DNA of 64,000 bases, taken from assembly GCA_964430885.1 (NCBI GenBank), contig CAYSHM010000014.1, positions 12,307-76,306 of the forward strand, given 5' to 3'. Within the stretch, counting starts at the first letter, position 1. Each line of letters starts with the position of its first letter. The notes below the pieces were generated by a model. It ran no database searches. It was not told where the DNA came from and saw only the letters and a program-made list of their open reading frames with translations. The position numbers and the translations under genes are program-made. Positions 59,088 through 64,000 of this stretch are shown here, piece after piece. Origin of the DNA: an uncultured archaeon. Lineage in GTDB: Archaea > Thermoplasmatota > Penumbrarchaeia > JASLWR01.

Positions 59088-59594
59088 ATGTCTATTAGAT
59101 ATGAGAGAGAGCTTGTACACATTTTAGAAGGAAATACCAAAACAATAAAAACGGTATCTAGAACAATGGACATGCTTCAAAAGGACAAAATGAACAAGAT
59201 AATAAACAGGCCCTTCTTAGTCCTAAGAGCAGCTGGCTCTATGGGTGTTGATATTGCGGCAATCAGAGGGGATATCGCTCTGCCAATAGAAGTAAAATCC
59301 TCCAAATATAATAAAATCATTCTCAACACGCCCAAACTCAAGGAACAAGCCAATAGAATGATCAATACATGCAAAAAAACAGGCCTAATACCCATTTATG
59401 CTTTCAGATTGAAAAATATTCAGGGCGATTCTTGGAGGTTTTTTACCCTTCCCATAGAAGAACTTACGGGTAGAAATCAAATTCTATATAAAAGATTGCC
59501 ACAAGTGGAACTTACTCCAAGCGGCAATTTCAAATTGGAATGGATAAAAGGGATGCCGTTATCTGACCTGGCAGATTACTTAGATTATATTTAA
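59088..59594 (+). CDS. hjc: Archaeal Holliday junction resolvase Hjc-like nuclease
   Basis: YERELV, VLRAAGS, DIAAIR, PIEVKSS; true start is the ATG at 59088 (the longer ORF overlaps ftsY). Confidence 0.8.
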   Translation: MSIRYERELVHILEGNTKTIKTVSRTMDMLQKDKMNKIINRPFLVLRAAGSMGVDIAAIRGDIALPIEVKSSKYNKIILNTPKLKEQANRMINTCKKTGLIPIYAFRLKNIQGDSWRFFTLPIEELTGRNQILYKRLPQVELTPSGNFKLEWIKGMPLSDLADYLDYI

Positions 59595-59769
59595 CCAAAT
59601 CACATCGTGCAAATAATTATTGGATAGTTAATCTATTATCAATATTATTACACAGTAGTAAATCTATATATATCCAATGATAAATACAAAATAGGATAAA
59701 TTTCAGGCGACTTCACCATACCGAAAATAAATGCTTTATTCAGATTAATAATATTATAGGTGATGCAAA

Positions 59770-61392
59770 ATGAGGATTCCTAACATGGAAAGAAAACGAT
59801 TAAGAATTGGGTCAATAGTATTGGTATTGTTAACCATTACTATATTGTCATTGAACATAGGAACAATTTCTGCAGATGAAACCGTTACATATCCAGAGGG
59901 ATATACCCACCGGCCACTTCTCGAGTTCTTCACATCATTATCCTATCCGCCATGTATGGACAATGCACATCCTGCAATGGAGGAAGTAATGGAAGATGCA
60001 CATGATGTTGATGGAGTTCCATTCAATCTGGTAGTGTTCCATCAGAACATTCCTGGAAACGATAACCTAACAACCTCTGAGTGCACCGAGAGGCTCCAGT
60101 ATTATCAGGATGACCTCCAGGAAGGAGTTCCGAATATGATTTTTGACGGAGGTTACGATGAACTTAATCCTAGCAGCTCAGATGCAATTCAAAATGATAT
60201 TGAATCTGCAGGCAGCAGAGATGTAGGAAAAGCAACACTTTGGGTTCGGTTCATAATTCAGAACGACAAGATCAATTGGGAATTGAAGATACATAACGTC
60301 GAAGAAAACTCCATGACCGGAAGAATGTACCTTTTTGTAATAGAGAATGGTGTTTGGGCTTACAGCACATACAAGGATAAGTACATGCCCTCTGATCACG
60401 TTTTCAGGGGTTATGCACTTGAAGATGAAGGAATATCCGTTGGAGGGGGCGAATGGGTCAATCTCACAGATTCCTGGAATATCAATACATCTTCATCGGT
60501 TCCAATAAACCAGAACAATCTCACGGTTGTTGCTGCAGTTTATGACAGTAATGATCACGATGTAGCACCTATTCCAAATGGTGATTTTAAAAATTTAGCA
60601 ATTCCCCGATGCATACAATCTGCAACCCCGGAAACCACTGAATTCGACGGTGGATTCCCCGAAACTCCGATAATTCCATCGGATATTGATATTAGATCGG
60701 TTGATCACCAACCTTCAAATCCAACTGAAAATGATATGGTTACCATATCTGCTGAAATCGAATCTGCCCATACCCTATCCACTGTGTCCTTGACCTATGA
60801 AGTAAACGGTGAAGACCGCGGTCCAACAACAATGGGGAAATCTACTGGTGATATATATACTGAGGAAATTGGCCCCTTCAATTCTCTGGACACAATAAGC
60901 TATAAGGTAATTGCTCGGGACGAAAATGGGGCCGAAGAGGAGTCAATAGAGTACGAATTTACTGTAGCAGAATCTGGATCCGTACCGGTTGAAGGGGATA
61001 CTGAGATCAAAAATATTCGAATCAATCCCACTGTTCCCAAAGAAGGGGATTATGTAAATATCTATGTGGAAATAGAATCAGATAATATCATAACTTCAGT
61101 TAAACTCTACTACACTGAGAACGATGGTAATGAAAAATCAAAGAGCATGAAAAAGAGCGGTGCCGAGTACAAAGCTAACCTAAATCCTCTGACTGGTGGA
61201 ACTAAATTATCCTATTATGTAACTGTCGAAGACAACAAGGAAAATACAGTTCAATCTGAAGAAAACAGCATAATCATCCAAAGTATAGCTTCGGATGACG
61301 GAGCGGATAACAGTGATTCCCCTGGTTTTAGTCTATTGATCATCACTACCGCGCTTATTGCCATCGTTATTGCCAAAAAATACCAAAAATAA
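59770..61392 (+). CDS. Secreted Omp28/thioredoxin-like protein with Ig domains and PGF-CTERM sorting signal
   Basis: Signal peptide; PLLEFFTSLSYPPC, GVPNMIFDG; two Ig repeats; C-terminal SPGF + hydrophobic stretch + KKYQK. Confidence 0.72.
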   Translation: MRIPNMERKRLRIGSIVLVLLTITILSLNIGTISADETVTYPEGYTHRPLLEFFTSLSYPPCMDNAHPAMEEVMEDAHDVDGVPFNLVVFHQNIPGNDNLTTSECTERLQYYQDDLQEGVPNMIFDGGYDELNPSSSDAIQNDIESAGSRDVGKATLWVRFIIQNDKINWELKIHNVEENSMTGRMYLFVIENGVWAYSTYKDKYMPSDHVFRGYALEDEGISVGGGEWVNLTDSWNINTSSSVPINQNNLTVVAAVYDSNDHDVAPIPNGDFKNLAIPRCIQSATPETTEFDGGFPETPIIPSDIDIRSVDHQPSNPTENDMVTISAEIESAHTLSTVSLTYEVNGEDRGPTTMGKSTGDIYTEEIGPFNSLDTISYKVIARDENGAEEESIEYEFTVAESGSVPVEGDTEIKNIRINPTVPKEGDYVNIYVEIESDNIITSVKLYYTENDGNEKSKSMKKSGAEYKANLNPLTGGTKLSYYVTVEDNKENTVQSEENSIIIQSIASDDGADNSDSPGFSLLIITTALIAIVIAKKYQK

Positions 61393-61402
61393 AGAAGATA
61401 AA

Positions 61403-61837
61403 ATGGTTAAATTCCCCGTTAATATTGACAATACTTCCAATTGTATAAAATGTAATTACAAATACAGTAGTAGCATTACTGTATTTTCAATTAAGGACCA
61501 CGCCTATGAAACCAGTTGTCCGAAGTGCGGGACTGCAAACCAAAATAAGTTAGCTAAAAAGAAAATCGAAGAACAACTCGATAAGGACACCCAATCTCCG
61601 ATTGTTCAAGATGAAAGAAATACTTATTTAAAAACACGAGCTGGCGTTTTCGGCTTATATATCTGTTCTTTCAGTATATTACTATACCTAGTAGCGAGTA
61701 TTTTTCAAGGATCGGACAACGATTCAATCAGACGAATTATTGATGTAATTGAGTTTCTTTTTCTCCCTGGCTTCTTTACTGGTGTTACTTTAGTATTATA
61801 CAAACTGCTTAGGAATGGAAAGTTGATGCCATCGTGA
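61403..61837 (+). CDS. Small zinc-ribbon protein with two TM helices
   Basis: CIKC...CPKC followed by two hydrophobic segments. Confidence 0.55.
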   Translation: MVKFPVNIDNTSNCIKCNYKYSSSITVFSIKDHAYETSCPKCGTANQNKLAKKKIEEQLDKDTQSPIVQDERNTYLKTRAGVFGLYICSFSILLYLVASIFQGSDNDSIRRIIDVIEFLFLPGFFTGVTLVLYKLLRNGKLMPS

Positions 61838-61855
61838 TCATTTGCGGTTCATTTT

Positions 61856-63862
61856 TCATCCGCTTTTAACAAGATCGTCAATTATATCATCATCAACAAG
61901 ATAAGGCATTGTTACGTGACCAACGTCGCTCTGATGGTTATATCCATCACATACTTCCATAGCATGCTCACACCTTCCCCAGGCTCTACGGGCCACACCT
62001 CCCATCACATCCCACTCCAGAGCATATTTTATAATGTTATCAACCCTTTCACTGCCGTCAAGGACCAAACCAAAACCGCCATTGATTGCTTTACCAATCC
62101 CAACACCCCCCCCATTATGTAGTGCAACCATGCTCATTCCTCTAGCGCAGTTTCCTGCAAAGCATTGAACCGCCATGTCTGCCATAATATTGCTACCATC
62201 CTTAATATTGGAGGTTTCTCTGAAAGGAGAATCTGTGCCTCCAGTATCATGATGATCCCTCCCCAACATTATAGGTCCAATGGAGCCTTCTCTAACCATA
62301 TCATTAAATTTCAATGCGATTCTTATCCTACCTTGAGAATCCTGATATAGAATCCTAGCTTTTGTCCCGACAATTAACTTGTTCTCTTCTGCATTTTTGA
62401 TCCAATAATAATTATCTCTATCCTGGAAACGTCGCCCCCTGTCAATACATGATATTGCCGCCATATCAGTTTTCTGTAAATCGCTATCCTTACCAGAAAG
62501 ACACACCCATCTGAAGGGGCCATAACCATAGTCAAACAGCATGGGCCCCATGATATCCTCTACGTAGGAGGGAAATATGAATCCCTTGGAAGGATCATCT
62601 CTATTCAAGCTTATCTCTTTCACTCCTGCATCATATACCGCCTTCATAAAGGAATTACCGTAATCAAAGAAATAGGCTCCTTTTTCAACAATTCTCTTTA
62701 TCACATTAAAATGAGTCTTTAGACTTTCATTCACCCTTTTTTTAAAATATTCGCGATCTGCTTTTAGTAATCTTGTTCTTTCGGAAAATGATACTCCCTG
62801 TGGACAATAACCTCCATCATAGGGTACGTGGCAGGAGGTTTGGTCAGTCAAAATATTCACGGTAATATTGTTATCATCAATATATTTCAACAGATCCACA
62901 ATATTTCCATGATAGCCAATAGAAACTGCCTTTCCTTCTGTTAAATTAGAATTTGCAATCTCAAATATCTCATTGAGATCACTAGAATATGTAGATAACC
63001 AACCTTGATCTAATCTAGTAACAATCCTAGATATATCAACCTCGGCAATTATTCCCACTCCGCCTGCGATCTCTATGGCTTTTGACTGGGCTCCGCTCAT
63101 TCCACCTAAACCAGATGATACAAATAAAATACCTGATAAATTGGATTTTTCATCGCTCCCGTACATTTTTCTGCAAGCATTCAATAGTGTAGAATAAGTT
63201 CCATGAACTATGCCTTGAGGGCCGATATACATCCATCCGCCAGCGGTCATTTGGCCATAATTTGAAACGCCCAATTGCATAGCTCTATGCCATTGGTCTT
63301 GCTTATCATACATTCCTATCATCAAACCGTTGGTAATAATTAGTCGAGGAGAATTTGGATCGGAAGGGAATAAACCAAGAGGATGACCTGATTCTACTAC
63401 TAGTGTTTGATGGTCCGTGAGAACCTCTAAGTATTTCTTAATCAATCGGTACTGCATCCAATTCTGGCACACCTGGCCTGTTTCACCATAAGTTACAAGT
63501 TCGTAAGGATAGAGAGCAACCTTGAAATCCAAGTTATTATCAATCATAACCTGAATAGCCTTCCCCTCCAAAGATCTTCCTTGATAGTTCTCTATTGGCA
63601 GACCTCTGATCTTTCCTTCAGGTCGAAACCTATAGCCGTATATGCGACCTCTTGTCACCAGTTCGTGGTGAAATTCCTTACTTAATTCTTTATGATGTTT
63701 TTTTGGTATATATCGAAGAGCATTACGGATCGCCAATTTCGTGTCATCTTTGGACAAAGTATATTGACGATCCGGCGCCCTCCTTATACCGCTAACAAAT
63801 TGAGGTTTTTCAGGTAGCTCATCGAAATCTAATTTAAAACTCATTGAAGAACCATTGTTCAT
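61856..63862 (-). CDS. hutU: Urocanate hydratase (long form)
   Basis: GRIYGYRFRP, PYELVTYG, YGQMTAGGWMYIGPQGIVHGT, SGLGGMSGAQ, DQTSCH, GRDHHD, HNGGGVG. Confidence 0.97.
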   Translation of the reverse strand: MNNGSSMSFKLDFDELPEKPQFVSGIRRAPDRQYTLSKDDTKLAIRNALRYIPKKHHKELSKEFHHELVTRGRIYGYRFRPEGKIRGLPIENYQGRSLEGKAIQVMIDNNLDFKVALYPYELVTYGETGQVCQNWMQYRLIKKYLEVLTDHQTLVVESGHPLGLFPSDPNSPRLIITNGLMIGMYDKQDQWHRAMQLGVSNYGQMTAGGWMYIGPQGIVHGTYSTLLNACRKMYGSDEKSNLSGILFVSSGLGGMSGAQSKAIEIAGGVGIIAEVDISRIVTRLDQGWLSTYSSDLNEIFEIANSNLTEGKAVSIGYHGNIVDLLKYIDDNNITVNILTDQTSCHVPYDGGYCPQGVSFSERTRLLKADREYFKKRVNESLKTHFNVIKRIVEKGAYFFDYGNSFMKAVYDAGVKEISLNRDDPSKGFIFPSYVEDIMGPMLFDYGYGPFRWVCLSGKDSDLQKTDMAAISCIDRGRRFQDRDNYYWIKNAEENKLIVGTKARILYQDSQGRIRIALKFNDMVREGSIGPIMLGRDHHDTGGTDSPFRETSNIKDGSNIMADMAVQCFAGNCARGMSMVALHNGGGVGIGKAINGGFGLVLDGSERVDNIIKYALEWDVMGGVARRAWGRCEHAMEVCDGYNHQSDVGHVTMPYLVDDDIIDDLVKSG

Positions 63863-64000
63863 GACGGCACCATTTGCTAACCCAAACGGGTAAATTTTAC
63901 ACAGCTTACGCTAATATGAAAGATAGTATTTCCATCGAGCTATGGATGGAGTGAACCCCTTATAATGGACAGATAGAATAGCTTCGATTTGTTTTTTTCT

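Noticed and set aside
59920-59960. Selenocysteine (UGA) at the thioredoxin-like motif
   Set aside because: The codon is TAT (Tyr), not TGA, and the frame is uninterrupted.

Overview
Archaeal chromosomal segment, most likely Thermoplasmatota. The basis is membrane-anchored LonB, eL15, the rplX-pfdA-ftsY-hjc order, geranylgeranyl reductase, a PGF-CTERM sorting signal, GGTGA/GGAGG ribosome-binding sites and BRE-TATA promoters. It carries about 45 genes. Catabolic genes: gcvPA/PB, porCDAB, preTA, hutU and an OPT transporter. Lipid genes: GGR with ferredoxin, and a UbiD-type decarboxylase. Housekeeping genes: kae1, lonB, dnaJ, rtcB, mutL, rpl15e, rplX, pfdA, ftsY, hjc. Several large surface proteins are also present. 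I saw no tRNA, rRNA, CRISPR array or transposase. The most notable region is 30.8-35.8 kb: a eukaryote-like ubiquitin-conjugating E2 (HPN motif plus catalytic Cys) lies directly behind dnaJ and near a TPR protein whose 8-Cys zinc finger has FYVE-like spacing, a candidate chaperone-linked conjugation module. Other highlights are an 8-TM/Cas4-like nuclease/2xTRAM fusion, an RHH plus divergent diadenylate-cyclase pair, an FtsZ paralog lacking the T7 loop, a cysteine-less radical SAM/SPASM pseudoenzyme, a possible adaptin/COP appendage-like protein and a putative eL15 leader RNA. All assignments come from reading motifs by eye; no database searches were run.
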